Shown here: positions 1 through 9,120 of the stretch, piece by piece
Layout: every line of letters starts with the position of its first letter
How positions within the stretch are numbered: the first letter of the stretch is position 1
Assembly: GCA_024400635.1 (NCBI GenBank)
Contig: JAKSMI010000002.1
Location: forward strand, 120,305-184,304
From: Bacteroidales bacterium
Lineage (GTDB): Bacteria > Bacteroidota > Bacteroidia > Bacteroidales > WCHB1-69
Direction: 5' to 3'
Length of the DNA stretch: 64,000 bases
Notes under the pieces: model-generated
Databases searched by the model: none
What the model was told of the DNA's origin: nothing
Seen by the model: only the letters and a program-made list of their open reading frames with translations
Translations under genes and position numbers: made by a program

Positions 1-206
1 TTGAGTTTTCCAAATATCAAAGAACCCTTGTGCCCCTTAACAGTCGAAATAGGAAAATTGGGAATTTCCTTGTATGGAATTTCGAGTTCTATTTTCAAAT
101 CATCAACTAAGCCACCTAAACCTGTACCTAAAACGATAACGACACGTGGCAATGCAGGCATCCTGCTCTTCAAATATTCTGCAGTTTCTTTAATTTTTTG
201 TATCAT
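1..206 (-). CDS. Purine nucleoside phosphorylase, N-terminal fragment (gene runs off the left edge)
   Basis: Reverse-strand translation from the ATG at 204-206 gives MIQKIKETAEYLKSRMPALPRVVIVLGTGLGGLVDDLKIELEIPYKEIPNFPISTVKGHKGSLIFGKL. This matches the PNP N-terminus pattern (GTGLG ... FP.STV.GH.G.L.FG). It is absent from the ORF track because it is open at the window edge. Confidence 0.8.
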   Translation of the reverse strand, partial: MIQKIKETAEYLKSRMPALPRVVIVLGTGLGGLVDDLKIELEIPYKEIPNFPISTVKGHKGSLIFGKL

Positions 207-314
207 AGTAGGTTATAATTTTATTTCAAAATAATAGGGTTTAAAATTTTTATATTTTTTTACTATGAAGCATCGCTTAACTCGCTTCTTTACTCCTTTA
301 TTATTTGGCAAGTT

Positions 315-998
315 TCAAATAAGTTTGGCTTGACTCTTGCTTTGCTCGCTACCACACAGTTCCAACAAATCTTTCGCGCTCTCAATAATAAACTCGGCAT
401 TCTCACTTTCCAGTTCTTGGCGGTCGCGGAAACCCCACAGGACACCGACGGCACGAACACCAGCATTGTGAGCTGTTTTCATATCAACGGCGGTATCGCC
501 TACATACAACGTTTCTTCAGCTGTCACATTAGCGGCTTGCATAATGTCAAAGACAATCTGAGGATGAGGTTTGATGGGAATACCTTCTCGTTGGCCCAAA
601 AATGTAGTAAAGTGGATGCTTGGAAAATATTGTTCCATTAAAGGTGCCATCGCTTTGTTGACTTTGTTGGATGCTACCGCTAACATAATTCCAGCACCTT
701 GTAGTTTTTCCAAAGTTTCCACAATTCCAGGATAGGGCACAGTCTTGTCCGCTTTATGCAAATCATAATAAGCTACCATTTCTTGAAAAAACTCTTCCAG
801 GAATGGCTCCGTCCGTTTGTCTTCTGGAAGGGCTCTCTCTACCAGTTTTTTTATGCCATTGCCGACAAAATAGCGAAAATTATCCAGCGGATGTGTTGGC
901 AGTTGGTGCTTTAGCAAAATGTGATTACACGAATCTGCCAAATCTTCTAAAGTATAGAGAAGAGTGCCGTCTAAATCAAAAATGATAAGTCTGGTCAT
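315..998 (-). CDS. HAD-superfamily hydrolase (phosphoglycolate phosphatase-like)
   Basis: HAD motifs are present: IIFDLDGTLL, VASNK and YVGDTAVDMKTA. There is a 4-nt ATGA overlap with the upstream rmlC. Confidence 0.8.
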   Translation of the reverse strand: MTRLIIFDLDGTLLYTLEDLADSCNHILLKHQLPTHPLDNFRYFVGNGIKKLVERALPEDKRTEPFLEEFFQEMVAYYDLHKADKTVPYPGIVETLEKLQGAGIMLAVASNKVNKAMAPLMEQYFPSIHFTTFLGQREGIPIKPHPQIVFDIMQAANVTAEETLYVGDTAVDMKTAHNAGVRAVGVLWGFRDRQELESENAEFIIESAKDLLELCGSEQSKSQAKLI

Positions 999-1543
999 AG
1001 GGTGAATGGAGATTTAAAGTCTTGGAAACGAACGCCGACGAGGTCTTTTTCTGAAATTAAGGAAGGGTCAATTTTCCAGTCGATATTCAAATCAGGATCG
1101 TTGAAGAGAATGGACGCTTCGGATGCTTTATTGTAAAAAGCACCGCATTTGTAAGAGAAAATGGTATCGTCTTCGAGGGCGACGAAACCATGGGCGAACC
1201 CGGTAGGAATGTAGAATTGCAGAAAATTGTCGCCAGTCAACTCAACAGAAAAATGTTGGCCATAAGTCGGGCTTCCCTGACGAATGTCCAAGGCAACGTC
1301 AAGTACTGTTCCCTTGATGACGCGTACTAATTTGGACTGGGCAAAAGGCGGGCACTGGAAGTGAAGACCACGTACCACGCCTTTTTGCGAAAACGACTGG
1401 TTATCTTGGACAAAACAATCTTCAATACCTAAATCTTTGAAGCGTTTTTCATTATAATTTTCAAAGAAATAACCTCTTTGATCAAAGTATACATCTGGTT
1501 TGATTACCAATAGACCTTCGATGGGAGTCTTTATTATTTCCAT
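995..1543 (-). CDS. rfbC: dTDP-4-dehydrorhamnose 3,5-epimerase
   Basis: 182 aa with cupin motifs typical of RmlC: IEGLLVIKPDVYFDQRGYFFENYN, RGLHFQ and FYIPTGFAHGF. Confidence 0.9.
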   Translation of the reverse strand: MEIIKTPIEGLLVIKPDVYFDQRGYFFENYNEKRFKDLGIEDCFVQDNQSFSQKGVVRGLHFQCPPFAQSKLVRVIKGTVLDVALDIRQGSPTYGQHFSVELTGDNFLQFYIPTGFAHGFVALEDDTIFSYKCGAFYNKASEASILFNDPDLNIDWKIDPSLISEKDLVGVRFQDFKSPFTL

Positions 1544-1759
1544 AATTAATTAGTTGATGATTTTATTAGTAAAAAGCCTATAAAGTTAGTTCAGACTGCA
1601 AAATTAATAAAAAAAATAAAGTTTGACAATATATTATTGTTGATTATATATTTTAGAAACAATGCACAAAAAGTCTTTTATCATTAATAAAAAATGTACT
1701 TTTGCATTTCAATTAATGCTCAATAATTTATTTTAGTTACATATAAAATTTTATAGACC

Positions 1760-3553
1760 TTGAATTTATTCCAACTATTTAAAAACATCAAACCTTTTGT
1801 AAAACCATATAAATGGTTGGTTTTCATTACGTTAATTTTAACCTTGGTGGGTTCGTTTATGGCGCAGGTGAATGCCATCGTGCTGGACCGAACCGTGGAT
1901 GCCGTCAATTCGTTGGTGGGAGCCCCGGATTTTGCCTGGAGCAAGGCCGCCAAAATTCTTACTATCATCACGATTGTGTTGTTGGGCAAGGAAATCCTTT
2001 CCGCCATCATCACTTTCGCGCAGAACTATTTTGGCGAACGTATGCGCATCTTCGTGTCCAAAGATTTGGCACAGTCGGTCATTGAAAAGGTGCTGACTTT
2101 CAAAATGGCCTTTTTCTCCGCCAGCGACAATGAAACCGGCAAATTGCAAACCCGTATCGATCAGGGTGTGAGCAGTTTGTCGCGAACCGTACAGAATTTC
2201 TTCATCGACTTACTGCCGCTGTTCACCAGTGCATTATTGGCTCTAATCCTGATGTTTATGGCCAATGTCTATGTGGGTTTGGTGGCACTCTTCATCGTGC
2301 CTGTCTATTTCTTTATCACTTATCGTCAGGCCAAGCGGCTAAAGGGGTGGAGACGCGATATGCGTCATTATCTGGAAATGAAAAGTCACGGCATTATGAA
2401 CATCATCGAGTCCATCAATGTCATTAAATCCTTCAACCGTGAGCGTATCGAAGGCGACAAGCAATTGAATATTCAAAACCAGGTTACCGAAAATCAGATG
2501 AAGACTCGTCAAGTTAGTTTCTATTACAACGGACTTAAGAGTTTTGTGAAACAGGTCGGTACCGTGCTCGTCATCATCCTTACGGCCTATTTGGTTCTCA
2601 TCGATTATCCCGGTATGAGTATAGGAAAGATTATGTATCACGTGATGTTGTTCAGCAATGTGGTGGCCCCCATCACGCAGTTGCAGCGCATTTTCGATGA
2701 TATGAACGATGCGCTCATCTATGCCGAAGGATTCTTCAGTATCCTTCATTCTGATAAGGATATTGAGCCGTCAGGTGAATATAAATCAGATAAGATTATT
2801 GGAAATTTTGAGTTGAAGAATGTCGATTTTACTTATCCTAACGGGAAAAAGGCACTTCACGACATCAATATGACCATCGAAAGTGGCAAAATTACGGCTT
2901 TTGTCGGACTTTCGGGCGCCGGTAAGAGTACTATTGTGAACCTTTTGGATAAATTTTACGATCCTGACAGCGGAAGCATTACGTTGGACGGGGTTAGTTT
3001 GCAAGATTATGATACCCAATTTTTACGCGACAATATTGGTATTGTATTGCAAAAGAACCATATTTTTGATGGAACCATTGAGGAAAATATTTTGTACGGT
3101 AATCCCAACGCCACTCACGAACAAGTGGTGGATGCTGCCAAGAAGGCCTATATTTACGATCAGATTATGGGCTTGCCGAAGCAGTTTGAAAGCAGTGCCG
3201 AGGAACTTTCCGGCGGTCAGCAGCAACGCATCGCCATTGCCCGACTGTTTTTGAAGAATCCGCCCATCATTTTCCTTGACGAACCAACCGCCAGTTTGGA
3301 TGCCATTGCTACTGAACAGATTAAGAACAGCATTGATGCAATTAAGCAAAATCGTACCGTGATTATTATTTCCCATAGTATTTCCCAGATTATTGATGCT
3401 GATGTCATTTATGCCCTGAAGGATGGTCACGTGGAGCAAAGCGGCGATCCTGATGAAGTTTATGACAAAGGAGGTATCTACAAAGATATTATTGATGCGT
3501 CGGCACGGTCGTTGAATATCGAAAAAATCGCAAAAACGATAGAAAACGCTTGA
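1760..3553 (+). CDS. ABC transporter, fused permease/ATP-binding protein (MsbA-like exporter)
   Basis: An N-terminal multi-TM domain is followed by Walker A GLSGAGKST, signature LSGGQQQR and Walker B IIFLDEPTASLD. The start is TTG as in the ORF track. A TActTTTG promoter box lies about 60 nt upstream. Confidence 0.88.
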   Translation: MNLFQLFKNIKPFVKPYKWLVFITLILTLVGSFMAQVNAIVLDRTVDAVNSLVGAPDFAWSKAAKILTIITIVLLGKEILSAIITFAQNYFGERMRIFVSKDLAQSVIEKVLTFKMAFFSASDNETGKLQTRIDQGVSSLSRTVQNFFIDLLPLFTSALLALILMFMANVYVGLVALFIVPVYFFITYRQAKRLKGWRRDMRHYLEMKSHGIMNIIESINVIKSFNRERIEGDKQLNIQNQVTENQMKTRQVSFYYNGLKSFVKQVGTVLVIILTAYLVLIDYPGMSIGKIMYHVMLFSNVVAPITQLQRIFDDMNDALIYAEGFFSILHSDKDIEPSGEYKSDKIIGNFELKNVDFTYPNGKKALHDINMTIESGKITAFVGLSGAGKSTIVNLLDKFYDPDSGSITLDGVSLQDYDTQFLRDNIGIVLQKNHIFDGTIEENILYGNPNATHEQVVDAAKKAYIYDQIMGLPKQFESSAEELSGGQQQRIAIARLFLKNPPIIFLDEPTASLDAIATEQIKNSIDAIKQNRTVIIISHSISQIIDADVIYALKDGHVEQSGDPDEVYDKGGIYKDIIDASARSLNIEKIAKTIENA

Positions 3554-3571
3554 TATATTAGGCATTTTTAG

Positions 3572-3579
3572 TATCTTTG
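3572..3579 (+). promoter_or_regulatory. Bacteroidota -7 promoter box (TAtcTTTG) upstream of the TM1266-like/hydG pair
   Basis: TATCTTTG matches the TAnnTTTG consensus of Bacteroides primary-sigma promoters. It lies about 90 nt upstream of the ATG at 3670. Confidence 0.45.
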
Positions 3580-3669
3580 CATCATCATTTTAATCTGCGA
3601 AAAGGATTTATTCTTTTCAAAGAAAATGAGATAAAAATTTTATAAATATCTAATCTAAAGGAAATTCCA

Positions 3670-3951
3670 ATGGAAAAGAGAATAGGGAGTATCAGCATAC
3701 TCATCTCCAATCGTACCATAGTTCCGCAGGTTAATCTGCTCCTTTCGGAGTTTGCCGACCTTATTTTGGCTCGGCAGGGATTGCCGATGCGTGAACACGG
3801 ACTTCATTTCATTTCCCTCATCATTGAAGGAACGACTGAGCAAATCAGTGCCTTGACGGGCAAATTAGGCCGTTTGGCCGATGTCGAAGCCAAGTCGATG
3901 GTGGCCAAGAAAACGATACACTCGGCTTCTGTTACCGCATTATCAGTATAA
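3670..3951 (+). CDS. Small ACT-like protein resembling the TM1266-type putative [FeFe]-hydrogenase system regulator
   Basis: A 93-aa protein directly upstream of hydG. The pattern ISILISNR...LHFISLIIEG fits my memory of this family. The assignment rests on recall plus context. Confidence 0.6.
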   Translation: MEKRIGSISILISNRTIVPQVNLLLSEFADLILARQGLPMREHGLHFISLIIEGTTEQISALTGKLGRLADVEAKSMVAKKTIHSASVTALSV

Positions 3952-3983
3952 AGTCAAATATAAATCATTAAAATATATAGATT

Positions 3984-5438
3984 ATGAAATTTAATCCTGA
4001 AAAATGTCGTATTCCCGACGAAATAGGGAAACCATTCATCGACCCGGAAGAAATCTGGGACTATATCAACAACACGAAAAGCACACCGGAACGCGTCCGT
4101 GCCCTGATTCAAAAATCATTGGACAAACAGCGTTTGACGATGGAGGAAACCGCCGTTCTCATCAACACGACCGATCCTGAGTTGGTAGAGGAAATCAAGG
4201 AAGGTGCCCGCGAGTTGAAACGTCGTATCTATGGAAATCGTATCGTGCTTTTTGCTCCTCTTTATGTGGGCAATTACTGTGTCAACAACTGCAAATATTG
4301 CGGGTTCCGTTCTTCGAATCATGAACAGGTGCGTACCACCCTTACCGATGAGGAGTTCGTACACAATATCGAGGCCTTGGAAGAAGATGGCCAAAAGCGT
4401 CTGATTTTGGTGTATGGCGAATCTCCCAAATATTCACCGGAATTTATTGCCCACACCACTCGTCTGGCCTATTCGGTTCATAAGGGCAATGGTTCTATTC
4501 GTCGTGTCAATATCAATGCCGCTCCTTTGGATGTGGAAGGTTTCCGCACGGTGAAGGAAGCCGGTATCGGAACCTATCAGATTTTCCAGGAAACCTATCA
4601 CCCGGAAGCTTATACCTGGTACCATCCGGCCAATACCATTAAGGGAAATTATGAATGGCGCTTGACTTCTATGGACCGTGCCCAGCAGGCCGGCATCGAC
4701 GACAACGGTCTCGGCATTTTGTTCGGCCTTTACGACTGGCGTTTCGAAGTGTTGGCAATGATTCGTCATACCAATCACTTGGAGGCCTGTTTCAATGTTG
4801 GTCCTCACACGATTTCATTCCCGCGTATCAAGGATGCTTCAGGTTTGAATATCGACACCAAGTATTTTGTTGATGACGAAACTTTTGAAAAGATTATTGC
4901 CATTTTCCGTTTGGCAGTGCCTTATACGGGTATGATTTTGACAGCTCGCGAAACCGCCGAATTCCGTGCTAAGGCCATTCAATACGGAATTTCCCAAATC
5001 GATGGCGGTACCAATTTGCAGATTGGCGACTATAAATATCATCACGAAGAAGAAGAAAAAAATAGCGATAAAGTTGAAAACCAAAACCTGCACCGCGAGC
5101 AGTTCAAGATTGGCGATGACCGTAATTTAGGCGAAATCATCGAAGAATTATTAGATGAAAACTTCATCCCGAGTTTCTGTACGGCTTGCTATCGTTTAGG
5201 ACGTACGGGCGAGCATTTTATGGAATTTAGCGTTCCCGGCTTCATCAAGCGTTATTGTACGCCGAACGCCATTCTGACACTTAGTGAATACTTGGTTGAT
5301 TATGCCACCCCAGAAGTCGCCGCGAAAGGTTGGAAGGTTATCGACAACAATATTGTCAATGTGGATGAAAAGTTCCGTGAAGAATTGCTGAAACGTATCG
5401 AACGTATAAAAAATGGCGAAAGAGATTTGTATTTCTAA
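3984..5438 (+). CDS. hydG: [FeFe]-hydrogenase H-cluster radical SAM maturase HydG (ThiH-like)
   Basis: Radical-SAM CX3CX2C motif (CVNNCKYCGF), a C-terminal auxiliary-cluster region (CTACYRLGRTGEHFMEF), and a length of 484 aa typical of HydG. Confidence 0.85.
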   Translation: MKFNPEKCRIPDEIGKPFIDPEEIWDYINNTKSTPERVRALIQKSLDKQRLTMEETAVLINTTDPELVEEIKEGARELKRRIYGNRIVLFAPLYVGNYCVNNCKYCGFRSSNHEQVRTTLTDEEFVHNIEALEEDGQKRLILVYGESPKYSPEFIAHTTRLAYSVHKGNGSIRRVNINAAPLDVEGFRTVKEAGIGTYQIFQETYHPEAYTWYHPANTIKGNYEWRLTSMDRAQQAGIDDNGLGILFGLYDWRFEVLAMIRHTNHLEACFNVGPHTISFPRIKDASGLNIDTKYFVDDETFEKIIAIFRLAVPYTGMILTARETAEFRAKAIQYGISQIDGGTNLQIGDYKYHHEEEEKNSDKVENQNLHREQFKIGDDRNLGEIIEELLDENFIPSFCTACYRLGRTGEHFMEFSVPGFIKRYCTPNAILTLSEYLVDYATPEVAAKGWKVIDNNIVNVDEKFREELLKRIERIKNGERDLYF

Positions 5439-5661
5439 TCGAAATCAGACTTAATGGTTATTTTTTCTCATAACTTGGCGACAATATTGCAAATTATCCG
5501 TAATGTCTCTGTTCTTTTCTGATACAATTAGTATTTGACTCTGGAAAGTAATAGTTTCTTATATCGTTTTTTTGTAATTTTGCATCGTCAAGTTATGATT
5601 CGTAAAAAAATTTGATATTAAAGGTATCTCATTCTTTTGAGGTTTTAAACACTTACAAGTT

Positions 5662-6732
5662 ATGATTACGCAAAATATGTCCGAACGTATCACTTCATTG
5701 CGTTGGTTGTGTATCATTCTTGTGGTGTTGCAGCATTCTGTACAATGGCCTTATTTCCAGTCATCTATGGCTGATTTTTGTTTTGAGCCAGTGTTTGGGT
5801 GGATATATATGGTGGTTGAGTATGGACTGGGCATTGGAATAGTGCCAGTCTTTTTCATAATGTCGGGCTATCTGTATTTTGAAAAGCCTCGCAAATATAG
5901 GGATACTATCGTGAAAAAGAGCAGGGGACTTCTGCTTCCCATAATACTATGGACAGCTATTGTCTGTATAGAATATCTGGTGCTGAAACGGTGGACAGGA
6001 GAGATTGATAGATTCGCTTTTCTGAACAGTTCTTCTCCATTGGAGTGGTTCAAAGGAATAATCGGAGACTACTCCAATATGATGCATGGCGGAATAGGCG
6101 TTCCTGTGTTATACCAATTTTGGTTCATACGAGACCTGTTTATATTGTCGCTTCTGTCACCAGTGATAAACTGGTTACTGCAAAAGATTCCGTGGATATA
6201 TATGACAGTTTGTTTGGCCTTGATGTTTTTCTTGATTTCTCCGGCTGTTGCGCCCCATGCCCTGTTCTTTTATTCGCTCGGCGGGCTCTGTGCAATCAGA
6301 GAATGGAATTTCTTCGATATTGCAGACAAATATGTACCTTGGCCATTGGTAATCATAGGTGCCGTAGCAGCCGTCATATTTGTTCATACAGAAGGAATAT
6401 ATTGCGGTATTACAACTCATTTTCTTGCTCACATGCCAACATTTTTCCTCTTGCTGAAGCTGTCGAAATTTCTCATTGCCAATAAGAAAGTATATGAATT
6501 CACCAGGAAGATGGCACCTCAGTCCATGTTTCTTTATGGAGCCCATACCTATATGCTGATAAACGTCATTGGCATGATGCTGGTAAGTATCATTGACGTA
6601 ACCAGTACATTTGGCATAATTGTCTTTTTTTTGCTGCTTTTTTTCGTGGATGTGTGTATTTGTACAGCGGCGGGAATTGCGGTACGGAAATATTTGCCTA
6701 AAACATTCGGTTTGCTAAGTGGAGGACGTTAG
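5662..6732 (+). CDS. Membrane O-acyltransferase (acyltransferase family 3)
   Basis: Polytopic membrane protein with an N-terminal LRWLCIILVVLQHS motif typical of acyltransferase_3 proteins. It is the first gene of the glycan cluster. Confidence 0.75.
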   Translation: MITQNMSERITSLRWLCIILVVLQHSVQWPYFQSSMADFCFEPVFGWIYMVVEYGLGIGIVPVFFIMSGYLYFEKPRKYRDTIVKKSRGLLLPIILWTAIVCIEYLVLKRWTGEIDRFAFLNSSSPLEWFKGIIGDYSNMMHGGIGVPVLYQFWFIRDLFILSLLSPVINWLLQKIPWIYMTVCLALMFFLISPAVAPHALFFYSLGGLCAIREWNFFDIADKYVPWPLVIIGAVAAVIFVHTEGIYCGITTHFLAHMPTFFLLLKLSKFLIANKKVYEFTRKMAPQSMFLYGAHTYMLINVIGMMLVSIIDVTSTFGIIVFFLLLFFVDVCICTAAGIAVRKYLPKTFGLLSGGR

Positions 6733-6734
6733 AT

Positions 6735-7907
6735 ATGAATGAAGTATATAAACAGGTGTGCCCGGGATTGTATTTCGTAGAGTACGATGATTTCGACTTT
6801 GACAAGGCCGCTGAATGGGCAAACAAAAGATTCTTTCCCGAAGGACCGTTTTGTTCAGCTGTGAGAAAAGGTAGATATGCTGGACGAAATATGGATATCT
6901 TGTCAGAATTCAAGGCCGCCGTTATTATGCTGATGAAAAGCAGTTGTGCTCGTTTTTCCTCTTTGAACACTTCTGAAATCTCATTATTTCCTGCCATTCA
7001 GGATGCCATCGAGAGTCAAGAAAGGAAAGACGTATATTACAAATTACCGCAAATGACATACGATGGCATTAACGAAAAAGGCGTCACGGCAATATCATTG
7101 ATGACATCAAATGGCAATGCATCGGAAGACAAGTCAAAATGGGGAGGCCGGGAGTGGGGCAAGAGTGCGGCATTTACAAAGCCGGATGCCCTGAAGACCT
7201 ATTCTACAACACTGCTGGTAAGGTACGTACTTGACAATGCGGCAAATGTGGATGAAGCCATCGAACTCATAAAGCAAGTCAACTGGTTCGACCCTGACAG
7301 ATTTACCTGGCGAAATCATGCTGGTGCTCTCAAATGGCTAATATCCGATCCGAAAAAATCTGCTGTAGTGGAATTTATTGACAACGAGATTAAAATTCTT
7401 CTTACAGATGATGTCAATAGGCCTTCGCTAAGAACTCTTGCTGCTAATTTCAGTCAATATCTTATGGAAAAAGGGATTGTCCAATATGACGCAACGGGTT
7501 ACGAACGTTTTGACCTGATGTGCGATCTATATAAGAATGTGGATGATTCCATAGATGGTATCCAGTCTGTTCTGAGGTCAGTAATGATGTCGGAAAAACA
7601 TAAGCGAAACATTTCAGACAAATACTTTTTTGCGACAGAATATATGTGGGACGAATCTCCTACGGGCAGACATTTCAATGCAGAAGAGATTTATCAGGGA
7701 AATGCCAGACACGATCCTGATTTTATTAAAATTGTTGAACTGGAAAAGGAAAGACATTACAACAAGTCGCTGAGACCAAAAAACTATCGGACTCACGTTA
7801 CCGTTTATACAACAGTATATGATATGGCAGAAAAAAAATTATGGATACTGCTCAACGAGGGAGTGTCCGACAGCAAATGGTATGAATTCGAATTTTTAAA
7901 TAAATAG
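6735..7907 (+). CDS. Ntn-hydrolase of the choloylglycine hydrolase / linear amide C-N hydrolase family (putative)
   Basis: FCSAVRKGRYAGRNMDI resembles the nucleophile Cys plus the GRN(L/M)D motif of this family. The Cys is at residue 40, so a propeptide would be needed. Confidence 0.5.
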   Translation: MNEVYKQVCPGLYFVEYDDFDFDKAAEWANKRFFPEGPFCSAVRKGRYAGRNMDILSEFKAAVIMLMKSSCARFSSLNTSEISLFPAIQDAIESQERKDVYYKLPQMTYDGINEKGVTAISLMTSNGNASEDKSKWGGREWGKSAAFTKPDALKTYSTTLLVRYVLDNAANVDEAIELIKQVNWFDPDRFTWRNHAGALKWLISDPKKSAVVEFIDNEIKILLTDDVNRPSLRTLAANFSQYLMEKGIVQYDATGYERFDLMCDLYKNVDDSIDGIQSVLRSVMMSEKHKRNISDKYFFATEYMWDESPTGRHFNAEEIYQGNARHDPDFIKIVELEKERHYNKSLRPKNYRTHVTVYTTVYDMAEKKLWILLNEGVSDSKWYEFEFLNK

Positions 7908-7911
7908 AATT

Positions 7912-9120
7912 TTGAAAAATATAGCAATAATATCGCATGATAATATTATGTCGTGGTCTGTGGCGAAGATTGCGGTTGGGTTGAACGATTATTTGAATAA
8001 CAGGGGATTGGCATCCAAACTGTATGTAGCTGTTGGTGAAGACAATTCGTCAGTTTGTGTTTTCTGCAACAAGGTTGATATGGCCATCCACAAATTTCTT
8101 TTCTGGCTTACCGGGAAAGATGGAAATTACTCTCATTATTCCACACGAAAATTGCTCCGGAAACTTGAAGAACGCAAGGTTGATACGATCTATATCCTGA
8201 TGATGCATTCTTTTTTCATCAATGAGTCAATGCTGTTCAACTACATAAAGAAACGAGGTATTTCTGTGGTGAATATTATGCTTGACGAATATGTTTTTTC
8301 TGGCAAATGCCATTTTAACTTCGGATGTAAGGAGTTGGAAGATGAATGTGTGAATTGTCCGCATCTCAGAAAGCACCCTGTCTGTATGATGAAATCAGGA
8401 CCGCACAAGGTGTTCCTCCGTAAGAAGCGAAACTATGAGGGAACCAATATGGTCTTCGTTGGTCCCGAGATGGCACTGAATGGAGCGCGTCGTTCTCCTT
8501 TGCTGAAGGGACGTGTCTTGATAGAGGCCGATGAATGTATCGACACTCTCCGGTTCCGTCCGCGGGATACATCCGCTCTAAGACGGGAATTGGGTATTTC
8601 CCAAGACAAGATCGTTTGTATGTGTGTGGCAGTGTATGATGGTATTCATCATGAACGCAAGGGTGTGCCATATTATATCGAGTTGGCCAGACGGTTTGAG
8701 CAAGACGACAGATTTGTTTTCGTGCAGGTGGCATATATGGCTGATTATCCCGGTGGACTGCCATCCAATTATATTGCAAAAGGTTTCATCCACGATATTG
8801 ATCTCGTTGCTGAATATCTATCACTTGCAGATCTGTTCATCTTTCCGTCTATGGCAGATACAATGCCAAACACTTGCATTGAGGCTATGTCTTGCGGAAC
8901 TCCTTTGCTCTGCTGGAAGGTGTATGGCAACGAGAAAATGGCTCCTTCAGAGATTGCGACGTTTGTTACTCCCGGAAATCTTGATGAAATGGAAGAAGTG
9001 GTGAATCGGCTTGAAAAGAAAAATGAGAATATGATAAACCGATGTCGCGAATATGCCGTTAAGAGATATGATAATCAGGCATATTTCAACAAACTAATGG
9101 AAATAGGAGAAAATTTATGA
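7912..9120 (+). CDS. Glycosyltransferase (GT-B fold, GT4-like)
   Basis: The C-terminal region LADLFIFPSMADTMPNTCIEAMSCGTPLLC matches the GT1/GT4 donor-binding motif. The start is TTG as in the track (MKNIAIISHD). Confidence 0.7.
   Translation: MKNIAIISHDNIMSWSVAKIAVGLNDYLNNRGLASKLYVAVGEDNSSVCVFCNKVDMAIHKFLFWLTGKDGNYSHYSTRKLLRKLEERKVDTIYILMMHSFFINESMLFNYIKKRGISVVNIMLDEYVFSGKCHFNFGCKELEDECVNCPHLRKHPVCMMKSGPHKVFLRKKRNYEGTNMVFVGPEMALNGARRSPLLKGRVLIEADECIDTLRFRPRDTSALRRELGISQDKIVCMCVAVYDGIHHERKGVPYYIELARRFEQDDRFVFVQVAYMADYPGGLPSNYIAKGFIHDIDLVAEYLSLADLFIFPSMADTMPNTCIEAMSCGTPLLCWKVYGNEKMAPSEIATFVTPGNLDEMEEVVNRLEKKNENMINRCREYAVKRYDNQAYFNKLMEIGENL

Noticed and set aside
1-234. 77-aa plus-strand ORF at the left edge
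   Set aside because: It is antisense to a clear purine nucleoside phosphorylase N-terminus on the minus strand, and its own sequence has no recognisable features.
5590-5680. Six-codon upstream mini-ORF (ATGATTCGTAAAAAAATTTGA) sharing CAAGTTATGATT with the acyltransferase start
   Set aside because: The 12-nt duplication of the start context is real. However, a leader-peptide role cannot be supported from a single short repeat, so it is probably a chance or local duplication.
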